A stretch of 64,000 bases of DNA from Marsupella aquatica (Eukaryota > Plantae > Marchantiophyta): positions 18,278,754-18,342,753 of the forward strand of contig OZ316896.1 in the NCBI GenBank assembly GCA_973895155.1, in the 5' to 3' direction. The notes beneath the pieces are model-generated. The model made no database searches and was not told the DNA's origin. It saw only the letters and a list, made by a program, of their open reading frames with translations. A program made the translations under genes and the position numbers. Within the stretch, counting starts at the first letter, position 1. The number at the start of each line of letters is the position of its first letter. Shown one piece after another: positions 1 to 12,923 of this stretch.

Positions 1-1810
1 GGAGAGATCCCATCCAAAGAGACGAGAGGGAACAACCCAAGCAGAACAACATTGGTATCCTAGCAGTTTTTTTGCGATGGGTTCGAAAAAAACATTGCAA
101 GAAATATTAAACATCAGTGAGGAATTGTTTGGAAATTTAGAAAATCAGAAAATGAAATTGCAAATGTATCTGTACAGATATATTCAATTTCAATAATTTA
201 AGTCTGCCATTTATGACCTCTTCTAGAGTGAAGCACTAGGTCGTAATTTTCTCAGATAACACAAAATTTATATTAGGCAATGCTTGCACAAATATGGACA
301 GGCATGTCGAGGAGATTGGATCCACGGGCCTTCCTTTGCAATGCAAGTGTATTTGGGGTATTGTAGTTTCTCAACAAGGTAAACCTGAACAATCTTCTTC
401 TTTTTACTCTCATATCCATATTCAAACCTATCCTAATATGCAACTCAGAATGATGGACTAATTATGACTACTTTCTCTGCCAATATGAGTAAAATGTGGT
501 CCATTTGAGTTGCAAAAAATCCATGTGAGAAATTTGGCACACCCTACAGGTCCATACAAGCATAATTTTCATGGTTCATCCAAGCATCAATTTTGGAAAT
601 TGAATTCTGTTATTGTCATATTGCTCATCAATCACAAAAGTTTGACAAAGAGCTTGGATCATGAATTACTGCAACCTAACAAATAATCTTGCCTTATGAT
701 CATACTTTAGGGTCTCAAACTACGCTGCATTGTGATCCCCCTTCAGAGCATCAACCTCACTGCTTCCCTACCGTCTTAAACGCATTAATTGAAGGTCTGC
801 CTCATATTCACCACGAAAAGCGACTCTCATACACAGGATATGTCATATTTTTTATGTGCACTTACCAAGACCCAAAGAGTTTCACAAGGACTCAAGAAGG
901 CTCACCACAGAACGCACTGGTCAGTTGACCAGGGGATGAGCCTAGAACCAAGAGGTCCCAATTCAATCCCCCCTCCACATTCAAGGGTTCTGGGGTGAGT
1001 GTGTGTGTGGGTGAGGTGTAGTGATGGGAGTACTGGTTTCTAATCAGCCCCCCTTGGTTAGTCCACTTTGGGGCTCTAGTCCAACCCTCTTTCCCTTTTG
1101 ATACTGGGTATGACCCCCCTTGTGAGCTACCCTACATTGGTGCATGCTCCAGAGTTGATAGTCTATCTACCCTCTCTCTTGGATGGGTGGGTCAGCTTTC
1201 ACTATTCAAGGCAGAAAAAGGAAAGCTCAGATGCTCAATCACATTTTAAAGTAAACACGTGCATATTTTAAAGCCGTCTTTTGGAGCCTCCACATCCACA
1301 GTACTGACCCGTGCAAAATGATAATTGTCCAAATTTCCAAGGGACTCGTGGCAAGGTCCCTCTGGTCCTCGTACTTTGACACGGTCGTCGTCGTCGAGCT
1401 CCTACTTTCCCCTTTTCGAGGCCCTCGAATCTCGACTGTTTCAGCCCTTCATCGATCTGATCCGTCCTGCTTTCCTTCATTCCCGCGGATTGGACTTTAT
1501 CGATCAGCGTTGGTCAACATTTCCGAATCCCGACCCAGCCAACCCTCCATGGCTCCATCGCCTTCTCCCATCCCGTGACCCTTCATAAGCCCAGGTCGCA
1601 GCCTTCTTTCCTCATCATCGAGCTCATCTTTCGACCAACAACAACCAAAAACAAGAGATTCATAGATCCAAAGCTCCTCCACCACCAAAACCATCCAGTG
1701 CGGCATCACCACTGTTCAACAGTAAACCCAACAGCTCGATCGATCGTCCTTTGGACATATCGATACTGGATTGGGCTTCGAGATTATCAATCAATTGAGC
1801 CTTTTGCACA

Positions 1811-3121
1811 ATGGCGCTGTTAGGAATGAAGTCGATTGCTGAAGTTGAAGGGATACAGTCTCATGCTGCTGTTCAGAGGTCACTTTGCTGGAGCAGCAGG
1901 AGCAGAAGTGGAACGAGTAGAGTGTCTTTGCCAGTGAGTCTTCGGCCATCGATCAGGAAGGGCAGTAGCGTAGGGAACCGGGTTGCCATAACGTGCACGA
2001 TGCAGATTGATCGACCAGCTTCGATGGCGGACGAGCCGAAATCCCCGGGAAAGGTTGTTCCAGCCGAAGCACCAACCTCGACGAACAAGGGGTGGAGCGA
2101 TGCGATGGATCTGGAGGACCAGTTCCTTGTCAAGCAGCTGAGAGATCTCGCGACAATTGCCTCGGACCGGAGCGAGATGCACCACGTTCTCTCCGTTCAG
2201 CGCGACGATTGGAACAGCCTCTTTCACACGACGATCACCATGGCTTCGGTGTCTGCCGCCGTAGCGGCAGCGTTGAACGGGGCAGAGCACGCTTTGGGGC
2301 TCTCGGTTGTGGCCTCGGGCTTGGGCTTGGGCGTCGCGGCACTCATGGCGCTGGTCAACTTCTTCCAGCCGTCGCAGCTCGCCGAGGAACAACGCACTGC
2401 CGCACGCTTCTTCAAGCGCATGGCGACCGACATTAAAGCAACTCTCCAAACTGACCCTCGCCTGCGTCAAGAGGCGTCTCACTACTTGCAGCAAAAGCTG
2501 GCGACCGTGCAAGCGCTCGATAGCGCTTTCCCCATGCCTCTCACACCAGTCGTCCTCGAGAAATTCCCCAAGGTGATCAGCCCTTCGGTTCTCAGTGGTC
2601 CCCCAGCACCAAAGACACCCGAATTACTATTGACATCGAACTCTCAATCTGCAAATGGCTGGACGTCTGCCATCGAGCAGGACTTGAAACGAACTTCCCG
2701 AATTCTCCGCACTTCAGATATTCCTACGTATATCGAACAGGCTACTGAGGTCAACCATCTCAACAAAGCCCTGGCCATCGCTTCGACTGTGTTGGCGACA
2801 TCCGGGGCCTTGTTTAACGTGCTCGATGCTATGTCTGGGATGCGCCTCTCAGTTCTGGGAGCTGCTTTGACCGTGGGTGCGTTCTTCGTCCATAGCCTGT
2901 CGCATGCTGCGCAGCTTGGTGCGGCCTACGAGACCTATCGAAACTGTGCTGGATATTATGTGGATCTGGAGAGGTCGATCGAGACCGCTTTAAGAATGCC
3001 GGTCGAGCAGAGGGAATACGGTGTGAGCTTTCTGGAGAAAATCGCCTTACAGCTCGGTCGGAGTCCGGCCGACTCGCCGATCGTTCCATTGGACCAGGAA
3101 AAAGCAGGAACACTATTTTGA
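1811..3121 (+). CDS. At4g22030-like / 'petal formation-expressed' (Chloroplast_duf) membrane protein, intronless, 436 aa, probable plastid transit peptide
   Basis: Family motifs recognised: DRSEMH..L..QRDDWN, QPSQLAEEQR.AAR.F, ALDSAFPMPL...LEKFP, NGW, ETYRNCAG. The N-terminus is Ser/Arg-rich. No F-box motif is visible. Confidence 0.88.
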   Translation: MALLGMKSIAEVEGIQSHAAVQRSLCWSSRSRSGTSRVSLPVSLRPSIRKGSSVGNRVAITCTMQIDRPASMADEPKSPGKVVPAEAPTSTNKGWSDAMDLEDQFLVKQLRDLATIASDRSEMHHVLSVQRDDWNSLFHTTITMASVSAAVAAALNGAEHALGLSVVASGLGLGVAALMALVNFFQPSQLAEEQRTAARFFKRMATDIKATLQTDPRLRQEASHYLQQKLATVQALDSAFPMPLTPVVLEKFPKVISPSVLSGPPAPKTPELLLTSNSQSANGWTSAIEQDLKRTSRILRTSDIPTYIEQATEVNHLNKALAIASTVLATSGALFNVLDAMSGMRLSVLGAALTVGAFFVHSLSHAAQLGAAYETYRNCAGYYVDLERSIETALRMPVEQREYGVSFLEKIALQLGRSPADSPIVPLDQEKAGTLF

Positions 3122-4799
3122 GCAAAGAGCGAAATGGCCCATGCTGTACATTTACTAGAATAGATGAACATAATTGAGCGACCGTCGAGAGAACACCTTC
3201 AACGATTTAGAGGATTTAGTGCTGATGAGTTTGATACAGGAGAAAAACAAACTGGGGGATTCTGAAATCAGTACCCCACTCTTCTCATATACATTACACC
3301 CACAATAGCGGGTACCTAGTTGCCATTGCAACCAGTCAATTTTACTCTTACAGCGATCCACAATCAGAGATGACAGCGGAGGGAAACGATCGAAGGCGAT
3401 TTGTAGATAGCCTTCCGCTCTCCATAGGTTACGCCCACAATCTCGGGTATATACGTTGCCATTGCAACACACGATATTCTTTTGGATTTAATTCATTCAC
3501 TGTTGGAATCCTACAACAAAGTTTTCTTTCCAGATTCGTCGGCCTTGATCCAGGAACTCTTGTTGAATGAGCTAGAATGCATGAAATTTGTTTCGCGTTA
3601 ATCGCCAGACTGATCGTTCGTGACAACTCTTTCCTAAAAAAATAACTTACAAATCAAGCCGATCTAACTACAACCCACACAATTATGGACGCCGACTTCA
3701 AGCCGAGGAGTGAAACTCAGTTTAGTTTTTTGTATATATAATCTAAAATCTATGGTCAGGGTCTACATTGAGGAAACTCAAATCAATTTCGGCGGCATTC
3801 GAGTACATGTTCGGTTCCGTATTTATAAGATATGCATTTCAAATTGCTGTGCCTGTAGACACTGCATCACACGGCAACAGATCAGCCTGGACAGGCTCTG
3901 AAAAAGGCACATCTTCCTAAGCTTAATTTGAGCGTCAGTCGTTCCTAGCTATGGCAGACCAACTCGCCTTCCAGTACTGGACGCTTGAACTTGTCAGAGA
4001 GAAAGTTAGGCCAAAAGTAGTACATGCGTTCATACTCACGGGGCAGCTCCAGAGCTATCATGGCCGACAACACATTCTGCAGAGTTGAGTACATAGGTAC
4101 TCCGGGAGTACAGAGCAAGTCAGTAAAAGAATGAGTCGCTTTTTACAATACGGCACGTGGAACGTCCCAGAGGCTCATTCTTCCGATCCGAAGCGTCCCA
4201 TCTACGTAGTGCAAAAGATGAGAATTGTTCTCTCACTGCAGGTCTCACGGCAGCTTCGCGTATTCAGAATGATGGAATTTCACAAACAGATTCAGCGATT
4301 TCTTTCAACGAGTGTATTGGATGCTGTCAAATTTCAGCTTCAAGGACAAATACGTACATTATCAAATATGTTCATGATTTTCCGACAGATAGAGGGCCAT
4401 GTTTTTTACTTTTTTAAAAATCTGGTTCCTATAAATCTTCGCTATTCTACCCAAAGCGATATTGCATTTGCACCTTTAATTTCTACTAGTTGCATGTACC
4501 CGCCGTGGACAACACCAATACTTTGCAAAGCTCTTACAGGATTGCGTTGTTCTCAGTTTTATGGCCGAGTCGACGGCCAATTTTATTTAAAGTCATATGG
4601 CCGGGATACAACTTGGTGTCACGATAGAATTTTACATTGATTCACAGAGAATAATTATTCGACCTGCCGTCATATGCTGACATATAACTCTGCCCCAGAA
4701 GCTGCAATGAATTTTGCAAGGCTCTGACTGATTTTCACGCACTCTCCTGCCGTAAGTACGCTAGAACAGCTGGGGATGGTGGAAACGTCTGAGTTGGTT

Positions 4800-7700
4800 T
4801 CAGCTTGCATTATCTTGTCGCTTGGAGTTAAGATGACAGATCCACTCGGGTTTCTTGTTTTCCTGCAGCCCTTTGACAGGTTTGGGCGGTGGAACGTATA
4901 CAATTCGTGCATGAGAGGTATTTCTTTCCCGTGGCTTGCGTTTCGTTTGTGAAGGAACTCTCCATGGGGTTTCAATTCGTTCCCTTTCTGCATTGTTGAC
5001 TGTCAATATTTTACTGTCATTGTCGTCGTGTTGGTAGTAGGTACCGATCGATTGAACAGCTTGCAGTTTGATCCTTTGCTGTTCACGTGTTGGCTGATCT
5101 CGCAGCTGGTATGGGTTCAAATCAAAGAATCAAAAGCACTCAATTCGACCAAGACATTATTTAATAGATTGCGTATTTGAACACCACTCAGAGAAAATGT
5201 TGAAGAGTTGATTATTGAATACATATCTGGTTCAGACTACCATCAATACTAGAACTGCTACGAGTTCACGAAAGCGAGAGAGATACTAGGGCATGCACCT
5301 TGGATCGAGTTGCACGTATCGCAGTTAACTCTTGTTTGTAGTAAGCTTGCATCTGCTTGGACAAGTCAGCAGTCTGTCCTCCATCCAGGTTTGAAATAGT
5401 GAACCTTTTCGATTCCAGTTTCTCAGAGTCGGGGGGTGAGCCTTCTGTATTTGGAGCGGAAAAATTGAGCAGTAAAAATTCAAAACAGGAAGGGTTACAT
5501 CGTCTATCCCATAAATGCTCATAGAGTACTAACCTGTAATCAAGGATGATAACTGTCCCTTCCCATTTGCAGTCCATGCATTCTACGTAGAAGGAAAAAT
5601 CATGTGCAGTACATATATATACGTCTTCAAAGTTTACATCATGTTACTTGGAGCGCAATAGATGACTCCAGGTTACCAGGAATTGACTTCGCCTCAGCTG
5701 CATCAGACGACTCGGTTGGCTTCAGCTTAATAGAATCTGATTCGTCACGAGCCATCTCAGGAATGCCAGCGGCCGTCTGCGGTATAGAAGGATCCGCGAT
5801 AGTCTCAGCTTTATCTGCTGATGCAAGCCTCTCCTTCCCACCCTTCGACTTTTCCAGGTTTTCCTTTCCACTGTGAGACATGGACACTCTGCGTAGGGAT
5901 GCCCTCTCATGTACTCCAAACAAAACTTGCTTAACACTTTCATCGATGTTCTCCAAGATATAGCCAGGAAGAGGCAGATCTGTCAGAAACATAAAAACCC
6001 ATGAATGGGGATTTCGATTACTTTTGGAAATCTTACAGAAGGACTTCCAATCATGCTATTCAGATCATCCTAAGATTTTCAGCCAGGACAGTTGCAGCTC
6101 AGGGGTTATGGATACCTGCTTCCTTCTTTTTAAGATGCGCGGCCTTCCTGATTCTCTGCACGGGCGTCCCACGTACGGAGGGTTTGCATAGCAGAGCAGA
6201 GAGAGGACAAAGCACATCAGCGTAATTAATGATCGAGAAAGGTAGGGCAGAAGCGATATTGAATAGTAACACGAATGTGCTCGTTCTCATGCCTCGCCTG
6301 TACGTCTTTCTCCATTGCTAGCTAGTGGATGGGTTTAAATGATTCGAACATTTAACACAGATTTGCATTGAGGCCTGTTGGTAGGCACGCAAGATCCCAT
6401 GGAAGAACTTTACCTCTCGGGTTACTTGAGAAAGAACTTTGGGCCTCTTCTTCACCTACAAGCAAGCCACAATGTGTCTGTCAGCGCTATCATGATCTTG
6501 CGTTTATGTTCATCGTTCTCAAAGTTGGCCTCAGCAAAATTGAAGGGATCGTTTTGAACACATGTAATTCGAGAGTACTGGAGTTTTTGGCTCCTCTTTA
6601 CTCCTTGGTTTGTGTTTTTTTGTTTTGGTTGCACATGGCGTATCCAACATACTTTTGCAAATTAACGACTCCCATCCTCTCAAAGTCCTTCAATATGGTT
6701 TGCATTTATTCCAGTCTAGCTTCTACGTTCACAATCCCAACCCAAGGAAGTAATGTTCTTTCTCGAGTAACTTAGACTTAGGCCTGGAAAAGAATCATTT
6801 ACTTGACGCGTCTGTGCCTCGTGCTCAGCGATGGCTGCTATCCGCTCCTGTTCCATCTCTTCAGCCCTTGCTTGTAGTCGCTCTTGAGTTGCCTTGTCTC
6901 CTTGCATTACTGCTTCCATCAACTAACTAGCCATGCATCCCACGTACAGTGGTGAAGCTTATATTGTAGTCGCAGGATGTGGTCTTGCAAATCAGCCACG
7001 GTCTCACTTAAAACTGGGGAAGAACTGTTTACTGGAAATGTTCCAATTTGTAGCTGATCTAATCATTTGAAAGACATCGAGTATGTTTGAACTGGTATCT
7101 GATCTATTGTTTTAGCTTCCTACAACTCAATGGCTCAGGAAGGTCGTTTTGTATAGGGTTTAGGGTTTAGGGTATGAATACATGAGAAGGTTGTATGATC
7201 AGTCCTTGAATCTTGTCTCCAAGCCAAGTTTACATATGTTTATCATAACATTAGAGGCACCACAGTTTACTACCCACAAAAATCCAATCATTTGAATGAC
7301 GTAACACTAATGATTCGTAGCTGGCCGGGTTCTGGGCTGAGACAGTTAGTGTATAAAATCAATGATGTATCGATTTCAGTCAGACTTAATTAAATAGTGA
7401 TTTACCTTCTTCCTGCGGTATGCTTGAGCGAGGAGTGGGAAAGGTAGAGGCTGTGCTTTTCCCGGTTTAGCTGCAGCATGCATAACGTTGAGCATAAACT
7501 CAGTGATGCACAACAGAATGGTACTAAAGTTATCTGTATTTCATTTCACTGGCCAGGGAAGCAAGTTGTCTAGTACGTGTGAGCCAACCATAAACATCAT
7601 ATGTAGATGATCATTTGATTGAACAACGTGATTGCATGGAGTTAACCGGGACATCCAATTAGTTCATACAGAGATATTTCGAAAAGGCAGATCCATCTTG

Positions 7701-9450
7701 GTCTTTATATATCTTAACGAGCGAGTGAAGGAGTTTCTAAGAATGCCTGAGGTCAAGAGCCTTCCTAGAGCACCATCACATCTACCACACGTCTCATTAA
7801 TTTGATCTGACTATGTGGTGAAAGCTTCTAGCAAGCTGCTTACTATTGTATAAATCTGAGCCAGTTATTTTCATTCACAAAGGAAATCTTGCAATGTGCT
7901 CGTGTACCGCAAGATGTGTTGGGCTGTCAATGTTTCTGATCCTCACATGCTCTTGGTTCGTCCTCTTGTGTTAGCGAGTCCATCTTGGTTGTCATAATTT
8001 GAACAAATTCAGGGTACTCAACCTGCATATATGCGAATTAGGGTAAAAGTCAGGCATTAGATCCCCGGTTAGGTCTGTTATTTGACATATATATTGTTGA
8101 GACTAAAAGGAATTTTCAGGATGTCTCGGAACTGACAGGAAGTTTCAGCTGTATTGTCTCATGTTTGCGTTATTCAGATAGCTAGCCTTGCTCATAGTAC
8201 GTCTAGCTAGTAATACATTTTCATACCGAACCTAAGAAGCAATCCAGTCAATGTAGAGTAGTAAAAATACACGTGAGATGATATATATCTTCAGAATGAT
8301 TGTTTGAATTAACGTCTAGCTGCTTTTCTCATTCTCAATCGAAAGACAAGAGAAAACGATCTCTCTCATAGTTTTCTTGCTTTATTTTAGGGTCTCGTCT
8401 GACTGTGCGTTTGTTGTAACTGAGTGATTGAAACTGTATCAAGCTTATTCTGCATCATTCTTCTTAAATTCATATCAGTTTTGAACATCCACTTAATTTA
8501 AATAAGAAATCGTCCTCCGAGCTTCTTTCCCCACTTATACCTTAGTACCTTATAGTTTTAATTCCTACTGTAGAGCCTAGCACCAATATGGGCACCCTAC
8601 TGTACAGCTTTCGACAGGACCAACTTTGTGATAGCTTTCGAGGAAACAAGCCTCAAATGTATATATATAGCATGCAGTCACGGTTTTTGGAAGCTTAGTA
8701 CCTCTCCTGATCCATCTGCGTCCACCTCTGCAAGCATCTCCTCGACCTCCGATCTCTTTGCACGAATACCCAGAACGTGAAAAGCCGTGAGCATTTCAGA
8801 TGAGGAAATGGCTCCTGCAAGTGGAAGACATTGAATTGAAACTTTGCAACTATTTAATTTTACATAATTCTGATAATCAAACTTTGGAAACGCATCCATT
8901 GATCCACAGCAATATCTTTTGAACACAGGAATTTCCGTGAATCTTGAATCAATTGTTCTTGAATTGAGAACAATGCGCACACATAGTACTTTAAGGCAAG
9001 AGGAGGCCCTAAACCAGATCCATCCGCATCAATAAGTTCGAAACACTCTTTCAGTTCAAGCCGTTGCTTCTTCGTCAATTCGGGGCGGACAAATTTGCCG
9101 TGAGCTCGCAACCAGTCGGCTATGGACAACTTGTTCAGCACCGCCTGTCCAAGTCAAACAAGCGTGCGATTTAATGGGTGCAATTATTTTCCTTGCTCAA
9201 TGATCGACAACGGTTTATGAAGCCCGGTCTCGGTGTGGAATTAGGTTACGAACCACAATCGGATTGAAAAATCCTGTGTGTTCAAGTAGAATGCGTTTTA
9301 ATTTCTAGGTTATTTCATCTTCAAATTTCACACCATTCAGATTGTTGTAATTAAACTGAAATGTGGCAATGGATTGAAGTATTTGGAAGGGAAGCAGACC
9401 CAAGGGTTTCGCCGAGGCACAAGTGCCGCGTCGGGATTGATTTCAGACAT
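4800..9450 (-). CDS. Centrin/calmodulin-like protein with two EF-hands and a long charged C-terminal tail (about 449 aa, 10 exons)
   Basis: Phase-consistent GT-AG exon chain: 9400-9450, 9015-9144, 8702-8814, 7947-8022, 7406-7470, 6803-6922, 6116-6155, 5677-5979, 5299-5444, 4800-5105 (1350 nt). EF loops are DADGSGAISSSE and DADGSGEVEYPE, with the centrin-like ELTKKQRLELKECFELID. The 3' exons are less certain. Confidence 0.8.
7154..7173. repeat. Short interstitial plant telomere-type repeat (TTTAGGG-like, about 3 units) in an intron
   Basis: tagggtttagggtttagggt. Confidence 0.6.
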
Positions 9451-9869
9451 CTTGTCTTCACGATAATTCCTTCTCCACAAATTCTCCTATTCTGCCCTCT
9501 CGGCACCTTCTTCGTAGAACCCTATCAGCAGCATTGTATTCGTGGAACACCAACTTCCATTTGATTACGTCCCCAAACGCATTGCTTTTCACTTGCGAGA
9601 GCGTTTTCTTGCATTTTCGTTGCCGTCTTCACCGAAGTTCGCGTAGGTCTTAATTTAAAGCAAAGCATCAGATCTCAGAGCTGAATGGACGAAGAATACT
9701 TGATTACTTTTCCAACCGCATGCATATGTATTGATCATCTTCCACTAGCGCCAGACTCGTTTCCCTACAGAGTGAATTCTCCGAACGATACTCCGATGGA
9801 AGAAAACAGTAAGCGTCCGGGTGGGACGAAGGTGTGCACATTGCCGATTATGTTGTTCACGACATGATC

Positions 9870-10125
9870 ATAGTTCTCGATCCCAATCCAGTTTTGTGTA
9901 CCAAGAACTACAGGTATATTCGCAAAGTTCTCAATTCTCAAGGGATTGCCATTGTTGCGTTTAGTACATTATATTGTTCTCGATCTCAATCCAGTATTTC
10001 GTGGAAAGAAATAGACGCTCTCAATTCACATGGGATTCCGATTGATGTGTGTTGGACACTGCTGTTCTCGATCTCAATCCAGTTTTTTGTACGAAGAAAC
10101 AGTCAGCACAATGTTCTCAATTTGT
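9870..10125. repeat. Degenerate tandem repeat, period about 90-100 bp
   Basis: gttctcgatc(c/t)caatccag recurs at about 9873, 9976 and 10064, each followed by g(t/c)tctcaatt at about 9927, 10017 and 10113. Confidence 0.6.
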
Positions 10126-12182
10126 ATGGAAGACTTTTGCCTGGAAGGGCAATTTTGGTGCAGGGAAATAAATCTACACTCTAATTAGTGTTATGCAAGA
10201 ATCAGCCTTACAAAAGTAATGTTAGTTTTGGTAAAAATATTGTGAGTCCAGGGGTAAGTTTTGTCTGTTTTAATTTTCAGGAGAGTGTTTTACACTTTTT
10301 CTTTAAAATTGCTACTAAAAATGGGATGATCTTGAGTCCAAAGTAACATTGTGTATTTTTCTCAATAATGGTTTTTACTCAATTTTTCCACTCTTACAAC
10401 ACAGTAATACTAATTCATGTGTGCAGAAAGACTGTTAGTCACACTAATTATACTAATTCATGTGAGAAGAAATAATGTTGGTTGCACTAATTACAATGAA
10501 CAATGTAAGAAAGTGAAGGTTTTATTTGCTAATAAAATTTCCTTTCCAGACTACCACAACAACAACAACAAAAGAACTGAGAGAATCCAGCCCATGATTT
10601 TCCTTTGTTTGCCCAAAACCTAAACATTCAAGCTCAGCCTAAGCTTGATGCCTTAAGTCCATAAGCTTTGGGTTGTACCACAAGGATAAGCCAACCATGA
10701 TGGGTCATGCGATGGGATATTTGACAACGTTATAAACATATCACAAATACATACGCAAAATATGAGATATCATTTAAGATAATCAATATGTCAAGTATTA
10801 TAGTAATTGTACAAATTACCTTTGCTCAGGTGACTAGCCCACAATACCCTGATAACAAATGTTGGATACTTTCAATTGTATACATGCCACAAATACAAAG
10901 GGAGTATCTCCATATGATCTAAAATTATCTAATTTCCAACCAATAAATTTAAGTCCTGTAGCAATTGTAGAAATTAACTTGGTCCTGACCAGCCATAGTA
11001 CCCTCTCAACACAAGCCTGGAAGATTTTCTCTAATAAAATCTACCACAATTACAAAGGGAAAATCTCTTATCTGATTTTTAGACTAGCCAAATACCAATG
11101 TGTCCAAACTCCTCATGCCCTCACTTACAAACAAAGTCTAAATAGCAAAAAATTTGATACCACTGATATTACAACCTATAGTTTTACTGTAGCTCATGAA
11201 GGCTAGAGTCGAATGTGCAGTACTGGTATCCAACTTTCGTTACAGGATTCATTTTGGCTCATTTTGGCCTATGCCTTGACACTGTCCTATGTAGTTCCAC
11301 TCCTTACTTGTTATGGTCTACTTATGAAATGTCATTGTGACGGGAAATCTCCTTAATGATTGAATTAGATGAACATAAAGGTGTCCTTGTGCAGCCCTAT
11401 ATCTCCCCTGCAGCTTGTGCAGTCCTTGAAGTCCAGTCTATTTTGTCATCTCATTAATGTTCAAGAACACTTCCACCCAGCGTCACTTACTATCCACCAT
11501 ATTGAGCAAAAAGCACAGGCATTGGGCTAGACTGCACACTTAATGTCCAATCCCACCCATTCTGGCCTATTGTGTATTAATCAAATTGTCACCTGGGTGG
11601 AAACAAATCACTCAGTTGCCATTAGATGAAAAATGTTTTTCCCCACCCATTTGATCAGCCAAAATGATCTCCATGTGCCCTACGCCTTACCGTCTGAGCC
11701 TTGCCCTGGTGCCTTGCCGCCCCTCCATGCCTCACTAATCATGCAATGCACTGGCAATGGACTCATTATGCTATAGATACCATGGGCACCTTCAATTGTG
11801 AATTATAATATAGATAGATTGATAGATGATAATAGCAAACAGAAAATTTAGTCAAGCATTGTAATGATAGTACTCTAGTGATTGAAGACTTTACCATGGT
11901 AAAGGTGAGCAGCAATCACGCCTGATGAAATCGTAAGAAGACACGTGTGTTTTCTCGTTCGGACCCCACAAACCAGAGCAGCCAACATTCTCACTCGGAA
12001 ACGGATATGGCTTGTACAGTAGTAGCTTGCGTTCCGTCATCTCTCCCTGTGTCGATTTCTCCTTTTTCCTTCCGCGATCCAATCCTCACTCACTCATTTC
12101 GTCTCTCTCCATTCGCTCCTCCCTGCTTGCTTCCTCTCTCCATTGATTCCACGCACTCGGGCACTCTGAATTGTGCAGAAAC

Positions 12183-12923
12183 ATGGCCGCTCTACGGATT
12201 GCGCCCTCCTCTCTGCACGGCAATCTGGAATCCGCCCTCGCCAGCAGCAGCTTCAATTCAATCGATCTGCTGCCCACAAAGCTTGGTCACTCTTTGGCTC
12301 CGCCAACGAGGCGATTGTCCATCAACGCTGCTGCTGTGAGGGCTAGCTCAGCTGTGGAGGCGGATGGTGATGCAGCTGTGGGCAGGAGAGAGGTTCTCTC
12401 TGGAGTAGCAGCTCTTGCAGTGGCCATTGGCACCGGGAGTGGCTCCGCTCTAGCGGAGAAGCCACCGAAGGGGTTCTCGGCTGTGCTGGACAATGCTGAT
12501 GGGTATGCCTTCCTATACCCGTTTGGGTGGCAAGAGGTTGCTGTGAAAGGGCAGGATGTGGCATTCAAGGATGTGATCGAGCCACTTGAGAGTGTGGGGG
12601 TCAGCATAGTGAGGACTGATAAGACTTCGCTGGAGGAGCTCGGATCACCAGACGAAGTCGCAAGGGCTCTTGTTGAGAAGGTTTTGTCGTCACCGAGTCA
12701 GAAGACTGCTCTGAAGGAAGCCAAGGCTAGAGTGACCAATGGGAAGACCTACTACGAATTCGAATTCGTGGTGCAAGCGAAGAACTTCACCCGCCATGCT
12801 CTTGGAGCTGTTGCTGTTAATGGAGGCAAGTTCTTTACCCTGACTACTGGTGCAAACGAAAGGAGGTGGGGAAAGGTAGAAGACAAACTGCGGCAAGTGG
12901 TAGATTCTTTTCAAACACTGTGA
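12183..12923 (+). CDS. PPL1: PsbP-like protein 1, thylakoid lumen, intronless
   Basis: Bipartite targeting with a twin-arginine motif GRREVL and a hydrophobic stretch ending ALA-E. PsbP domain DGYAFLYPFGWQEV...FKDVIEPLESV...TTGANERRW. Confidence 0.93.
   Translation: MAALRIAPSSLHGNLESALASSSFNSIDLLPTKLGHSLAPPTRRLSINAAAVRASSAVEADGDAAVGRREVLSGVAALAVAIGTGSGSALAEKPPKGFSAVLDNADGYAFLYPFGWQEVAVKGQDVAFKDVIEPLESVGVSIVRTDKTSLEELGSPDEVARALVEKVLSSPSQKTALKEAKARVTNGKTYYEFEFVVQAKNFTRHALGAVAVNGGKFFTLTTGANERRWGKVEDKLRQVVDSFQTL

Noticed and set aside
1880-2512. 210-aa antisense ORF and other ORFs overlapping real genes (e.g. 45977-46603, 16728-17246)
   Set aside because: Shadow ORFs of GC-rich coding sequence.
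4131-4640. 169-aa plus-strand ORF
   Set aside because: No recognisable motif, composition is not protein-like, and it lies in the 3' flank of the EF-hand gene.
6452-6720. Possible extra exon of the EF-hand gene
   Set aside because: Candidate acceptors give in-frame stops, and the 6803-to-6155 splice is already in phase.
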